Assembly: GCA_001687465.1 (NCBI GenBank)
Contig: LVLI01000376.1
Coordinates: 1-35,096, forward strand
Source of the DNA: Halocafeteria seosinensis
Taxonomy: Eukaryota
Direction: 5' to 3'
Length of the DNA stretch: 35,096 nt
The notes under the pieces: model-generated
What the model saw: the letters and a program-made list of their open reading frames with translations, nothing else
Told to the model about the DNA's origin: nothing
Databases searched by the model: none
In this document: one piece after another, positions 1 through 13,700 of the stretch
How the letters are laid out: every line of letters begins with the position of its first letter
How positions within the stretch are numbered: the stretch's first letter is position 1
Translations under genes and position numbers: made by a program

Positions 1-308
1 CCGTCGGAAACATCAACGCCAACCTCCACTGGCACTGGCTNTGGAACCCCAACCTCTTCATCTACATCAACGCCGACATCGACGGGATCTGGTACCGCTA
101 CATCGACACCGACATCCACAGGTACATCAACACCGTCTTCCTCGATGACGTCGACTGGAACAAGTACACCTTCGGCCACTGTTACATCCACCAGGACGCA
201 AACGGGCACGGTCACTAGTACGTCCTCGGTGACGGGAACTCCTTCACAATCAGGAACACAAACCCCGTCGGAAACATCAACGCCAACCTCCACTGGCAGT
301 GGCTCTGG
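1..308 (+). repeat. In-frame internal duplication within the mucin stalk
   Basis: ccgtcggaaacatcaacgccaacctccactggca(c/g)tggct(n/c)tgg occurs at 1-44 and 265-308. The spacing is 264 nt (88 codons). Confidence 0.85.
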
Positions 309-2163
309 CACGCCCTCGGCAACCGGTACGCGAACCCCCACGTTAACCGGTTCTGGTACGGTTTCTCCCACTGGCACCTCAACCGGTTCTAGTACTCCGT
401 CTTCCTCTGCGACATCAAGCGGCACGGGGAGTCCGTCGGGTACTGGAACTCCGAGTAACACTCATACGGGAACGTTGACAAGTACTCCTTCTGAGACTGC
501 GTCATCGAGTGTGTCGGCAACCGGCACGGCTTCAGTTTCTGGTACGAGGACGGTCACTCCGTCAGTATCAAGAACTGCTTCCGTAACTCCAAGTGTCTCT
601 GCATCTCCGAGTTCAACGTCAACGGGAACACCTTCGAGAACGGCGACTTCTTCGGCGACATTATCCCCAACAGGTACGGCGTCTGGCACATCAACTTCTT
701 CTCCGACGCGTACACGGACCCCAACAGGTTCGGTTTCTGGGACTCATACTCCTTCTTCGACCAGTACTCCTTCGGTGACGGAAACGTCGACTTCAACTAC
801 TTCTCCAACGCGATCTGTCACACCGACGCCAACGACAACGTCAACGCATACTGCAAGAGTTCCCGTTCTGCCGTCAGTAGTTCCTTCGACCTCAAAAACT
901 CCAGGTGCGCCAACCCCCTCAACTACTCCTTCGCGAAGTGACGCACCGGTGAGTTCTGACATTGTAGAGAGTCTTGAGAAACGGGGATTTTTTGTTGGCA
1001 GTTTCTTCCTGATTGGTGTACCAGGGGCAGTCCTGGACAATCCGGTATTCAGCAGAGGTTTAGTAGAAGCTATTGCAAGTGCTCTGTCTATCGATGCGAG
1101 TAGAATTCGGCTTCTCATCGATGAATCTGGAGATCTTCAAGGACTACGACACCTGGCCGACGACGAACTTCAGGTTAAGTACCTTGCCATCGGTGAAAAG
1201 GTAGACGATGGAACTTCGACGAAAGAGCGCAATGGAAAGCTAAGCGCTCTAGAGGAAAATGCGAGGAGATCAGTCTTTGTGGGTCAAGTCGCATTCAGTT
1301 TCCATAAATTCTTAAGAGATGAAACGAATTCTACCCATTCGGTAGATGTGGACGCATCTGTAGCCCGGGGTGCAACAGTGTCCTTTGTGAGCCCGGAAGA
1401 AGAACCTGTGCCTTCACCTGAGCCGGAAAGTACGTCGTTATCGGTGGGAGCTATAGCGGGTATATCACTGGGGGCAGCAGCAGTTATTATGGGGGCTGTG
1501 TCTATAGTCCTCATAGTACGATCTCGGAGGAGGGCTAGCCAAAGAGAGAAGCGACGGCAAAGGTTAAGAAAAATCCAAAGTGGGCGTCGACGAGAGGTCG
1601 TCCAGAATATGCTGAAGGCACTTGATCACAAGCCTCAAGAAGGGACTTCCTCGAGTTCTCGCAAAAGGGATATTGTCCCTCTTACGACTCAAGGCTCATT
1701 CGTCTTCAATTTCCAGAGTCCACTCCATGCCGCTCGGTTGAATCGCGAGGCGCAAGCACGACTCGCGTCTACTCAATCGGCTCTGGCAAGGTCTGTACAG
1801 TCGCCACTTAAGAGAGGACCTGATTCACGTTCGAATACCGCAGCTGCGTCAGGCACGACTCAGCTCAGCCGAACTCCCCGACAGATACCAGGCAACGACC
1901 AAGCTGCTTTACCGGAACTCCCTTCAAACGCAGGTAATCCGAACCCCAACCAATTATCAACCCGTCGTGTGCAGCGAACGCCAAGCAACCTTACTAACCA
2001 GAGTAATTTACTTCACTTGGCAGCCGGAGGAAGGTCGACGAGGAACTTCAGGGGGAGAACTACCCGTCCACGAACAGGAAGACGACGGAATCCCGCTACA
2101 CCCGTTCATACTCAAGACATTGAATTAGGGCTTGACGAAGTCGAGCTTCCGCCTGATGATTGA
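1..2163 (+). CDS. Ser/Thr/Pro-rich mucin-like type I membrane protein (5' partial)
   Basis: Frame 1 is open from base 1 (one N at 41) to TGA 2161-2163. It has a long S/T/P/G low-complexity stalk, then a small globular SEA-like segment (AIASALSIDASRIRLL..LRHL..LQVKY), one hydrophobic helix (LSVGAIAGISLGAAAVIMGAVSIVLIV) followed by a basic stop-transfer RSRRR, and a disordered tail. Confidence 0.8.
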   Translation, partial: PSETSTPTSTGTGXGTPTSSSTSTPTSTGSGTATSTPTSTGTSTPSSSMTSTGTSTPSATVTSTRTQTGTVTSTSSVTGTPSQSGTQTPSETSTPTSTGSGSGTPSATGTRTPTLTGSGTVSPTGTSTGSSTPSSSATSSGTGSPSGTGTPSNTHTGTLTSTPSETASSSVSATGTASVSGTRTVTPSVSRTASVTPSVSASPSSTSTGTPSRTATSSATLSPTGTASGTSTSSPTRTRTPTGSVSGTHTPSSTSTPSVTETSTSTTSPTRSVTPTPTTTSTHTARVPVLPSVVPSTSKTPGAPTPSTTPSRSDAPVSSDIVESLEKRGFFVGSFFLIGVPGAVLDNPVFSRGLVEAIASALSIDASRIRLLIDESGDLQGLRHLADDELQVKYLAIGEKVDDGTSTKERNGKLSALEENARRSVFVGQVAFSFHKFLRDETNSTHSVDVDASVARGATVSFVSPEEEPVPSPEPESTSLSVGAIAGISLGAAAVIMGAVSIVLIVRSRRRASQREKRRQRLRKIQSGRRREVVQNMLKALDHKPQEGTSSSSRKRDIVPLTTQGSFVFNFQSPLHAARLNREAQARLASTQSALARSVQSPLKRGPDSRSNTAAASGTTQLSRTPRQIPGNDQAALPELPSNAGNPNPNQLSTRRVQRTPSNLTNQSNLLHLAAGGRSTRNFRGRTTRPRTGRRRNPATPVHTQDIELGLDEVELPPDD

Positions 2164-2887
2164 GGAAAGAAATAACCCAACAGTCATGATATTGGTGACT
2201 AAAAAGGGTGCATCCCAAGCGAATTCCATCTGGAATTCAAACTGCTGCTAGGTCCAGTGCACCCCAGGAGCACAAGAGCAAGGAGTTTCGGAGCATATAT
2301 GTACCAGCAAGAGCGAGCATTCTTGTTTACGAACGCTTCAGCGACTTCTGGAGGAGCATACTCACGAAGATTGAATTCCTCATCAACCTGAATCCGATCA
2401 GGTTCAGCTTCCACAGAGGCGGACGCAACCAGATGCAACAAGCAGAGTAACAGTTTGCCGCTGTAAATTGCGCCATAGGCGGCAGTGCCGCCTATTATAG
2501 AAGATAGAATTCCTAAGCGAGATCTCTCACTTTGAATTTTGCACCATGGTAGGGAGTTCCGGGCCGGGAATATGACCCGGACCGGACTTACTTCAAGTAT
2601 CAATTTGTTTCAACTTTCTTCGTCTGTATTATTCGTTCAATGTAATTGATGATAAAACAGTTACTTCTATATATCCTCGACACGGTTTGTATCTGGTGTC
2701 TCCTATTGCGGTTGCACTCGAGCGTTTGTTGTGCTAGCCTGGCACGCAAGAGCTGGGGGAAGTCCACCACTGTCATTCATAGTGTTTTGACCGTGCCATC
2801 GAGCGTCTGCCGCGGTATTATTAAGGAATCGGACGGAATTCTTGTTGCAAGAGCTATAGATTAAACGTCTAGCATAACAACTTGACC

Positions 2888-4572
2888 ATGGAGATTCCGG
2901 ACACGGATAATGAACTTCTCTTCATTGGGTTCAACCAGGACTATGGTACGTGGGCAGAAGGATTCCAGGCCGCAGAGACTTAATCTCTGCTTCCATGATG
3001 GCGGTGGGACTCATTGGAAGACTCTTCGTCTGTAAATGGTGTAATGGGGAGAAGTGGCATGGGAGGAAGGAGGGGAACCCGGAAAGGACAAAAAAGGTTT
3101 CCTAGGGGGGAAGTGAGGGAAAATGGCAGGACCGTCCTCGTTGCCGAAGGAGGAGTGCGTTGTGCTCCAATACTCTTGTGCTGGCTCATGGCAATATGGA
3201 TATGTCGAGTGATTGTGAATCTACAGGTTGCTTCGCATGCGGTACGACGAATGGCTTTCGTATATTTAATGTGGAACCGTTTAAAGAAACGTTCCGTCGA
3301 GGTACGTGTGGATGAAACTGAATACAGACGTCGTTTTGAGACTCATTCGTATCTGCCACTCAGTGTTCGCAAGTGGTGGGATTCGCCGCGTAGAAATGCT
3401 CTTCAGATGCAACATACTTGCTTTAGTTGGCGGAGGTCCTGAGCCGAGATATCCTCCACATAAAGTAAGTTGAGATGCAGAAATGTAGAGGTCCATGTCA
3501 TCTTCACGAATGACTGGTGCACCGTGCAGGTAATGATATGGGACGACCATCAGAATAGATGCATTGGAGAGCTTAGTTTCCGCAGCGAAGTTAGAAATGT
3601 TAAACTCAGAAGAGATAGAGTGGTGGTGGTCCTCCAAAACAAAGTATATGTATACAACTTTGCGGATCTTAACTTGCTGGATCACTTAGAGACTGTAGAT
3701 AATCCCCGAGGTATGTTGGAATGTCATGTACGTATAGCACTGGTATTGACTAACCCTATATACAAATACAGGACTGTGTGCTGTTTGCCCTGACGCCGAT
3801 AACACCGTACTTGCGTGTCCAGCTGGGCAGAAAAAGGGACATGTCCGCGTCGAGCTCTATGACAAACGTCAACAAACGCTAATTCCTGCTCATGAAGGAT
3901 CCTTGGCATGTATTGCTTTAAATCAAAATGGAAAGCGGCTTGCTACCGCTTCAGAAAAAGGAACGCTGATAAGGATTTTTTGCACGGAGACAGGAGGCTT
4001 ACTACAAGAGTTACGTCGAGGGGCAGACAAGGCCGTTGTCTACAGTATTGCTTTCAGTGGAGATAGCCGATGGCTGGCATGTACGAGCGATAAAGGGACC
4101 GTCCATATATTCTGTTTGAATGACGATGTGGCCAACGTAGATGCTCAAGGCGTTGTAGGTATCAGCGCAACTGCCGCCTCGGAGGATGTGCCTGCTCCAT
4201 TGCCGTCTTCATCCGGAGAAGGTGGAGCTGCGGCGGGAGGAGCTGCCACTGTTACAAGAGACCGTAGCGGTAGCAATTCTAAGTCTAGCTTCTCCTTCAT
4301 CAAAGGGCTTCTTCCCAAGTATTTTTCTTCGGAATGGAGCTATGCTCAGCTGCGCGTGGAAGGCGGAAGGTTAGTATGCAACTCATTGTCAGACTTTTTT
4401 TTGTCTCATTTCGAAAATTTGCATTTTCAGGAGCATCGTCGCCTTTGGTCAAGATCCTTATACTGTCGTTGTAATAACGCAACAGGGAACGTTCTACAAG
4501 GCGAATTTCCGAGCCGGTGGGGAAGCCGAACGAGAAACCATGATTCCATTCGTTCAAGCCAGCAATCAATAA
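2888..4572 (+). CDS. WDR45B: WIPI3/WDR45B-like PROPPIN (Atg18 family), 6 exons, ~384 aa
   Basis: Exons 2888-2945, 3227-3301, 3364-3464, 3530-3710, 3772-4369 and 4431-4572 join in frame with GT-AG introns. Motifs: [42 protein letters not shown], the phosphoinositide-binding ELRRG (LRRG is WIPI3/4 type), SDKGTVHIF and [16 protein letters not shown] overlaps the stop. Confidence 0.95.
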
Positions 4573-4649
4573 ATAAACACATCGTCTTGTGCTCAACAGC
4601 ATAGCTGTAAAATGTTTTCCTGTATTGTTCTGCATGTGTAGTAGTGTAG

Positions 4650-7059
4650 TCATGACGACTCAGGGGTACCACGGGAGAGCTTAGCCAGCAGGGCTTCTAG
4701 AAATTGAGAAGTACTGTTTAACATTTCAAACTTGTGGTTGCCCGAGGCAAAACAATTCCTTAACATTTCTCGCCAAAAGATGAACTCGCTAACTGTGAGG
4801 GGGCCATGCTTATATTTGCGAAGTACAAGAGCACAGCGAGCCGCCATGTCCCGGTAAGAAACGTCTTGGGAACGACGAACCGTTTCTAAAAATTCAACCG
4901 CTAATAGAGGATGCAAATGCCCATAGTGGACTAGTTGGTATAACGATCTGGAGGAGCCCGGTTTCTCGTCGGACTCACTCGAGCAGTCCAGCCATTGTAG
5001 GAAATCCTTTTCTTGTGTAACTTTTGCCGATGCCGTCCCACCAAACTCGGCACCAACGTCTTTCGGTGGAGTATGCACTACATACTCAGGTAAGACCCAA
5101 AGATAAAACAATGCGCGGTACCACAATACGAAGCTCGGAAGTTTCCTCAAAGACAGCTGGTTGTTTATCGCTCCAGACTGAGCCAGCGCGGAGTCAACAT
5201 GGATGTCTAACAGTTTTTGTAAAGAAAAGCAGGAATCAATCAGCCCGGACGAAGCACACCGCATTATCGGCATAATCCCATGGTTGTCCAATTCCTGAGA
5301 CAACCAGTACAGATGTAAGTCCTCTAGCGAATGGTTCCGTTTGGGGAATTCTTTGTCGTTCAGGAGGATCCGCTGCCTGAGCTTTTGGACTGAACGAACA
5401 CATTCTGCTTCACTTCCTTCAAACCTACATTGGGCCGAGGTTTCCAAGCTTAGTTCTCTCATTACTTGAAAGTCTTCTAACCTCTTACGCAAATGACACA
5501 CCATAGTAGTTAGTATAGAACCAGGGTCATCCGTAACTTTCCTCAGGTTGTCGGAATAGCGCTGTAACTGAGAGAAAGTTGTATTCCTTCTTAAAGTTCG
5601 TCTCAGCCGCCGGTAGCAATTCTTCTGGAGACACAATAGTAAACAGTCATCAATCACGATGATTGGGGCACAGGTTCTCTGGTTCACACGAACGAACTTA
5701 CGAGGGCTTCATCACATACTGCGTGGAACGACGACGTTCGAGGAAGTGGAATAGCCTGAAATTCTTTGTCCATCGATTCCACCAAAAGCGAGGAACTAAA
5801 GTGACTATGCAGCACCTGGTCATCCACAACTTCGTTGTTTGTTAAAACAACTTCGTCATAGAGGATCAACGGGGTATGTAGAACAAGCGTTCCGTCATCA
5901 ACATGTTGGCGGACCGCGCTGGTTGAATTAACGATGATGACTTTCGGCCTGATATATTCCAGAAAGCGTCCAACATTATCATTGACATTCGGCTTACTGC
6001 CAACGACAAGCATTGGGACACAGTACTGCCGCAGCACCTTCGACGCAGCCCGAGTCGAAGAACGGTATAACGCCATACTCCTGGACGTCTGCCAATACAG
6101 GTGCACACTTGTTTGCGGTGCCTCTAACCAAGACACAGCAAGCTTCATCTGCGTCTCACTTACATCCTCTTCGTCGTTTCCCTCCAAAAAGCTTGAAATC
6201 ACGCAGAGGGGACATTCTGTCTCTACGGCCAACCATGCAGCTGCCCAGAGGTCTCTGTTGTTTCGAACTCGCGGAATTGAATCATTCCAATATCTATACA
6301 ATCAAGCAGCCTCCCAAAAGCATATTTCCCAAAACAGAGTCATCAGTACGTGCCATCACAACTTACACTATTGGAGGTCGGGCAAGACTCATCCCAACCT
6401 GTTCCCATTCGGTACAGTCCGTGGAACTGAGAAGTCCTTCGATGGTTCTGCAGACGCCGACTTCGAAATGAATAATCTAGTATAGGAGCACTTCATCTCA
6501 CCACATACGTATTTGCGGTAGAACCATTGATAATTCGAAACGATTGTTTCATGCTCTCTCGATCTGTTGGCTCGTTTCCCAGCTGTCTCCATTCATGGAG
6601 CTTGTGGAGGATCGTCCTGGGCGAGGCTGCCGATGGTGGCTCATTCTGTTGGGCTTCTCCCGCAACTTTTTGGTTTGTTTCGACAGGATCCAACCTACTA
6701 TCATTCGCATCGTCTTCATCAGTCTCCTCTTGTGCTTCGACTCTATCCATTTCCTCGCCCAGAAGTTGCATTAGACGTTCCTGGTAACTCAGCTCGTTCC
6801 ACTGGAGGGTACATAGTATCCAAATGAACAGATCAACTTTTGATATTCACACCCGGAAAGAAGCAACATACCAAGTCATCCGAAGGACGAGTTGTTCGCT
6901 CATCGTGGATTTCTCTAGGCTGACCAAGATTATCGAGACAAAACTTGGCGCGCTCCTGATTCCCACGGTCCTCAGCATACCTGTAGGCTTATTGTTGCAG
7001 CATCAACACACTCGCATTCTCATAACATTCAGCGGCACATACTCTAATAGGCGCTTCAT
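4650..7059 (-). CDS. Divergent class II photolyase-like protein, 6 exons, ~688 aa, apparently lacking the C-terminal FAD-binding helices
   Basis: Exons 7059-7043, 6980-6872, 6801-6509, 6447-6367, 6293-5702 and 5624-4650 join in frame with 61-77 nt GT-AG introns; the start is uncertain. PPIVYW..PRVRNNRDLWAAAWLAVETECPLCV resembles photolyase VYWMxRDQRVxDNWAL..A..LA...PLxV. SRSLYQLVHYGHL and EFIFWREMLRNCF resemble SxLSPYLHFGQI and EELIVRRELADNF. Confidence 0.55.
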
Positions 7060-7705
7060 TTTGTTCAGCTCACACAGACTCTGCCGAGTGGATTATGCAT
7101 CAACAACACTACTTGGTTGTAGGGCTTGTAATTCAAATGAAGCCACTGGTGTTGTGAAGTTGCTCCAACTCATGAGTCATGCACCATGTTGTGATCACAG
7201 GAACTTAATGCAACTGAACTGATGGATGTGGATATGCTGAAGTTAGTACACAAAGTGCAATGGGTGTTGGCGGTATTACGCAGTGAACTCTGTGCGTTTG
7301 TTTTTTACAAGTCACTACCACTCGGACGACCTTCAGCACTACTACTCTCCTCATGGTACGTCATGTAGAATGGCACCTTACTCACCAAGTTGACACAGCT
7401 TGCATACATTTTCATAGAGTATGAAGATGGTATGAGGTATATTACGCACATAAATGCTATTCTAGGACGCTGGCGACTCGTGGTCGTATTTTGGTTCATG
7501 CCGTCAGGCTAGGCTGAGGCTCTGAGCGTTCCTCGGTCAAGTGTCTCGTAGATATCTCAGGGGTTTCCACCGGGCGTCCATTCAGTGTACAAGGACACAG
7601 ATGCTACAGAACATGCCACAGCCAATCGGAGTCCTAACCGACACTGGCTTGGCATGGTGATCCATGGTTCGAGATAAGCGAAGAAGGGTGCTTGTGGGCT
7701 GCTGG

Positions 7706-10700
7706 CTATACCTTATGGTATGCCACGGAAAACAGTGACTTCATCGGTGCTAGTTCTTCACGGTAGATTAGAGGTCCTTCCGTAAGGATTACAGAAATGG
7801 TATCCCGAAGTTTGGCTTTCTCGGATTCGGTGACTTGATCATCACTTTGCACATGGACTGCGTAGCTGCAGAATAGATTCAGGCAATGGAGCGCTAGCAC
7901 CCCATCATACAACGATAACGGATCATAATTGATCCCTTCCGGTTCTTCTCCTCTGTCCTTTAGAATAGATGCCATAATAATACGAAAATTGCATTCAAAG
8001 AGAATGGAAATAACGTTATCACTCTGGGTATCCATCCCTGATTGCTGTTTTTCGACCTTGGAGAAAGCTAGTGATAGTAGAAGAGCCATAGCATTGTGAC
8101 GCAGCTCCCTCCCACCATTCCACCACGAAAGTGTAATGCACTTTTCAATGTGAGATGTCAGATCGGATAGGTCTTGACTCTGTCCTTCAGAGATCATACT
8201 CAGGTAATGAGAGCACAGCAGCTTCGATTCGAAGGACTTCGCATATGCGACTAAAGAATCTGTATGACGCTTTTCCTGCAAGAAGCCTTTAACAAGTTCC
8301 AACTCCTCGACTGTGCCACTCTTATTAATATTCGATTTCTGCGACTGCTCAATAAGTACTCTCCCAATACCTGGAGCATCGCTGTCTGCGGTACTGAGCT
8401 CACCCCTTTTGCCGGAGTACTGGGAGGAACTGAATTTGGCTAAGAGTTCAGAAGAGCTTATAGTTAAGGCAAACGAATTTGATTTAGCACCCTCCGATAA
8501 GCTATTCAACATTTGCAAAAGCATCTTTCCATCCTCCTTTCCATCTGTAATACTAAATTCATTCGTGTTGGCCGTGTGCATGCTTTTACCTAACTTGACT
8601 AAGGAGTCCATCAACGTCTCAAGAAGCTGAACGTACTCATGCAGGTACTGCAATAGTTTAGTGTGTGACTTTTTCCCCTTATCATCCGTGCCCCATAGCT
8701 CAGGCAACAAGACGAAGCTATCACACTTTCCGGTGGCAAATATCTCGTAGCTCGCCGATTTGTACTTTGGAAGGACTTCAAATATTCGCTTTATTGTAAA
8801 AGTGAGGCTCGAATGGTCTAAAGATTTACTCTGTTCGCTTAATATTTTGGTCAGTCTGCCCGATAGTTTGATCATTCGTAGCTGGAACAACGATATCGGA
8901 TATAAAATCGCTTCCTGGGTATACTCTTCTGGTAGCAGCGATGGCAATGCGTCGAATATACCATCCGGCAATGCCTTTTCACAGGTCCATCGACAAACCG
9001 AAAGAAGCATCCCTTTAGTGCTAAGACTGTATTTTTCCTCGTTTTCAACATACGTTTCGACAAGCTTATATATAGCTCGTTCTAGGGGGGACAAACTTTC
9101 ATAACGGACAATAGGATAGTTCGAAGACGTTTCCCGGAAAACTCTCCTCCAGTAACCAAAACGAACTGTTGCTTTAATCAGCGACATGTGCTCCAAAATA
9201 CTGTCAATATTCGAATCCCAGAAACCCTTTAGAGAATCGTCCTTAGTACTCTGAGCAACAGTCACAATAGAGCCAAGGAAATCAATCAGGGTGACAGCTA
9301 CCTTATCACGGTCTTCAGACGCAGCAATACCGTATGACTGAGAAATTGCATGCAGTACACTAGTAACATCACCCCACAAGTTCTGAACGTCAGACTGACC
9401 CACTGAATAGAATGGCTCACGGGTAAAACAAGTGGAAAGCTGATGGAGGGACTTAGCCGCGGCGACCGAGAGGTTCACGGGCTGCAATTGCACGGAATTA
9501 GGATCAGTCGAGTAGACATCCAGATTAACGTCCTCTTCGGATTTAGATAGGTTTGATTCTTCATTTATTCCCAATACCGAGGAGGAAGCGGTCCGTCTAA
9601 ATCCCGTAACGCATCGCTCCAACAATACAAGAAACTCCAGCCAACATTCCTGAAACCACTCTTCCTGGTAGCACGCAGGGAAATTTGTTTTCAATATATT
9701 GGACAAGCCATTGATAGCAGTAACGTACACAAGACACCACCGCTTGCTTTCAGAATCTATAGAATGGTGGATTCTGACGTCAGATGTCTCGACAGAGCTA
9801 CAGAAAGACTCAACCTTTGTGGAATCGCTTTCTTCCGTTTCCAGTAGCGACATGAACTGAGTTATGAGAGCAATATCATATACCAGAGGCATGATGAAGT
9901 CCCGTAAAACGCACTCCAAGTTTTCACTCCATTTATTTCGATGCGTCATTACTACTGAAAACAACCCCTGTAGGGCACTGTTACGAACTTCTGAAGGTGC
10001 AACAAAATACACGTGAGACTTTGGCGCCTCAAGAATTTCTTCGTTCCATTGGCCGCTAACAGCCTCGACACCCAACTTTCGTCGACCTTGAGTATCCACG
10101 GATATTGGAAGTACAAGCTCACTAAGACAGACTAACAGGGCAGCAATTATTTCCCTCAGACCGATTTCAGAGTCACTCTCCTCTATATGTGTTGTAGACA
10201 GAGAATCAGCTAGAGTCCAAAGTAAACCCGTCGCTGTTAATGACAAGTTTAAATTAAGCGTTTGCGAAGCAAAAAGTTTCAAAGTTACGATATGGTACAG
10301 GATCAACGAAGGCTCCAATGAAGCAATCAACTCATCGTTTATAAGCTGAATGCAACTGAATGCTTCCCTTAGGCTTTCCTTCAGGACGTGTTCATGGTGT
10401 GACTGGTAAAAGCGCAGTTCTCTTAAGTTTGGAATACCCAGGACTTGTAAGCTTACGGTCTTCGGAGACAGGGACTGGAACACTCGAGTTGGGCGTTTGA
10501 ACGTCTCATCAGCCCATTTAACATGTTCCAGTTCAGCTGGAAGAACAAGCTCAACAGTTCTGCACATTAGGCCAAAAAAGCCTTTCCAAAAGGGACTACT
10601 TCTTCCGTCATGGGATACGGAGGCACCTATGTCCGTAATGACGTCAACATACACTTTAATTAACCAGGGCAGAGACAGACTGGAAACATCTTTCAGCAGC

Positions 10701-13700
10701 GCAGTCATTGTGTTACTAAAGTGCGTTATCTCTAGGACACTTCGTTCTGAGTTTGTGCTAGATTTTTGAACGTGCTTGACGAACAACTCAGCCAGGGAAG
10801 AAGAGCAGTAGCACCGCGCCATTCGAGATTCGGAAGATACACCCGCCTTGAGCAATCTGCACAAGTGTTGCCAAATCACATCAGCCCGGTTCATGTTGAG
10901 AAACGTTAATTCGATCACCTTCACGAACCCAATGGGAAGGATCTCAGGGGTATGCGCGGAGGTTGCATTCTCTTCCTTATTTTCCCGTGGGCTAAGGCCT
11001 TCAGTATACGGTTTGTCTAATGAATCAGTCGAAGGTCCTTGCTCAATGGGTTGGTGCGACGAGAATTGCTTCTGAAGCGCAGCTGATAGTGTGTTCTCGT
11101 TATGCGCCTCCGTCCATTCATACGAGTCGGCCTCTTGAGCATCTTCAATGCTGAAGACATCCAGCACTGCAGATGGATCCGTGGAGTTATCTTCCCCGCG
11201 GGACCGTTGTATTTTTCGCTTCCCTTTGGATGCCACTGGTTGTTCAACGTCTTTCCTATTTTTCTTAAACCCAAGAAATGCCTGTTTCGCACGTTGCTGC
11301 CAGTTATCTTTGGTGTGCGACTCTTCGACAAATTCATGGAATAGCTTTCGGGGAGAGCCTTCTTGAGATTCCTGAAGACGATGCTGCAGCTCTTTAACAC
11401 TGACATCAACCATCCCTCCAACGAGTTCGTTAAGGGTGTCTGAAGAGAAATCATTAGTGGAGTATTCCAACAGACAGAAGTTCCGTACAGCCAGGACAAC
11501 AGCACCCCACCAGCTCAACTGCTGACTATTCCAATGCATGGAGCAAACGTCTTGAACACGCTGAGTATGATGGGAATCTACAGCTGTTCTTCCTAGAAGT
11601 TCTTTGCCTCTCCATAAGCCCTTAGTAGAACTGTCCTCTAGACGAATACTCTGACACATGCAATCATACAACGTCCAATTTGTGTCCACAGCGGTACGAT
11701 TGGCATCGATAAACTGGGAGCACCGATGCGGAACAAACCGGGAGATAGTGGTTTGAAATGCGTACGAGAAACGCTCAATGACTTGCCCAACTAAGCACCA
11801 TGAGTTCCCCACTTCGGATGCCACGGCAACTACACCCTGCATGAGCGCAGCAAAACAAATACACTGTCGTCTGGTAAGTACACGTCGAGAGCAATCATCC
11901 ATAGCGATATATCGTAGACTACTCGTGGAGCGGTTGCGGGCATGGCGATGCAGCCTTAAACCAATGTTGCGCCCCCAGTCACCCACACACGAGTCAATTA
12001 ATCTGGAATGTGCAACCGAAGTATCAGAAAACGCGTAAGTGCATAAGCTCAGAATGATGGAGTCCCGAATGCTAGCTAGTCCTGCTCGGTTAGCCCCATG
12101 GAGAAGTTTGAGCCAGATGCCTAAGGAGCGGTGAACTATATAGGAGTCCGGACACGTCGTTAGCAGAGAGCTAAAGATGCGGACCGACGGTTTCCAACAA
12201 ATATCCATTACAGGTTGTACAAATTGAACAGCGGCTTCATCGCCGTTAGTCATATGGTCGGCACAGTAGGAGAGTATTGAGATAACAGAATCTATGGCGA
12301 GCCAAGTCAGTCGCGCTAAGCTAATTGGGGTCGCGGGTGCTTCCCCTCCTGGAGACACATCGACCCCTTGAATAATATGATGGTCTCTCTGTTTGATTCC
12401 CCAAAAGCGGTGATACTCTTCCGAGGACTGGCCAGTTTCCATAGACGAACTTTCCTTATTTTTTCGCGTAACAGCAGAAGCTGCGGCAGATGCTACACCG
12501 GCAGCGTATGAAGAAACTGAAGAGAAGAGAGTAGAAAACGAACTTTGGTCCTCGGGCAATTCCTCTCTGCAGTACGCCGGTACGGACATCGTAATGTCCT
12601 TCTCAGCAGGTTTCTTTTCCAACGAGCTGAATAACGATTTCTTTTGATCATACATCGCAGCAAAGGACAATGATTGGGGTGTTAGGCGACCAAACCTATA
12701 GCCGCTGGCCTGGCACGCATTCTTGTCTATCTTGTCGATTGATGCATGGAGCTGTGATGTAGGATCCACACTTTCTTTGGCAAAATTCAAATTAGACGAC
12801 TTGATGGCGACGGAGAGAGAGCTGTTCTCGTCCTTTTGTAGTTGCTCACAAGATTCGAATATCTCTAACTGATGCATGAAGCACTCATTGAATACATTTA
12901 CATGGCCTTCAGTGACGGGTAATGCATTTTGATCGCACCTGTCAGCCGCCATTTCTTCCCCAAAGGATGCCGCGTATGCTTCCAAGTACTCAAACGAATG
13001 CGCAGAAGCCACCGTCCAGGGAGGCATTGTAACCAAAGCGTTGGATACAATATGAAGTTGATGCAGCAGAGTTTTCTCCGCCATTTTCGGATTTACGTAG
13101 GTCGAACTGTCCTTGTCATCTATACGAAATCCCTTAAACAGCCAACTCAAGAATGATGTACTGCGACACAGAGTAGTCACCAACTCTACCACAAGGGTCG
13201 CTTTTTCGAGTCTTAGCGGACCCATTGAAGACCAGTCAATAGAGATATCGCAAGATGCAGAGCTCACCTCGGAGTCATGATCACTGGTGGCAGACTTGGC
13301 TCTAGTGCGATCTTCAAAAGCGCTAGAACTAGAGGTGTAGCTCCTTTGTGGCTTTGAAGAGTTCCTTTTCATGCGAAGAAAGCCACTGCCGGACGACACC
13401 TCAGACAGAAGACCTAGTACTGAGGCGCTTGTCGGAGGCGAATTGCACGTTCGAATAGCTGATTCTTTTAATATTTCCAAAATGACACTCCAGAATCTCT
13501 TGGCATGCACTGCTGGCAAATATTTCACTACAGGATGAAGCAACAGTTGTTTTGCCAACAAACAAACAGTCCCCACCACTGTGTATGACTCCTCTGACTC
13601 CAACAAGTGTATTAGAACCGGAAACAAACTCTCTCCTATCATATTTTGGGCAGAAGAAGAGTCACAAAGCCAATTCTCTCCTTGACTGAGGAAAACGAGG

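Noticed and set aside
2199..2603. 134-aa minus-strand ORF (and overlapping 2208-2450 + ORF)
   Set aside because: Non-ATG start, no recognisable domain, and no consistent splice model.
3014..3442. 142-aa + strand ORF
   Set aside because: Runs through WIPI3 intron 1 and out-of-frame exons.
7060..7705. Possible extra MON2 3' exons or photolyase-like 5' exons
   Set aside because: Splice-like sites exist, but I could not build an in-frame model. MON2 already ends plausibly at 7706.
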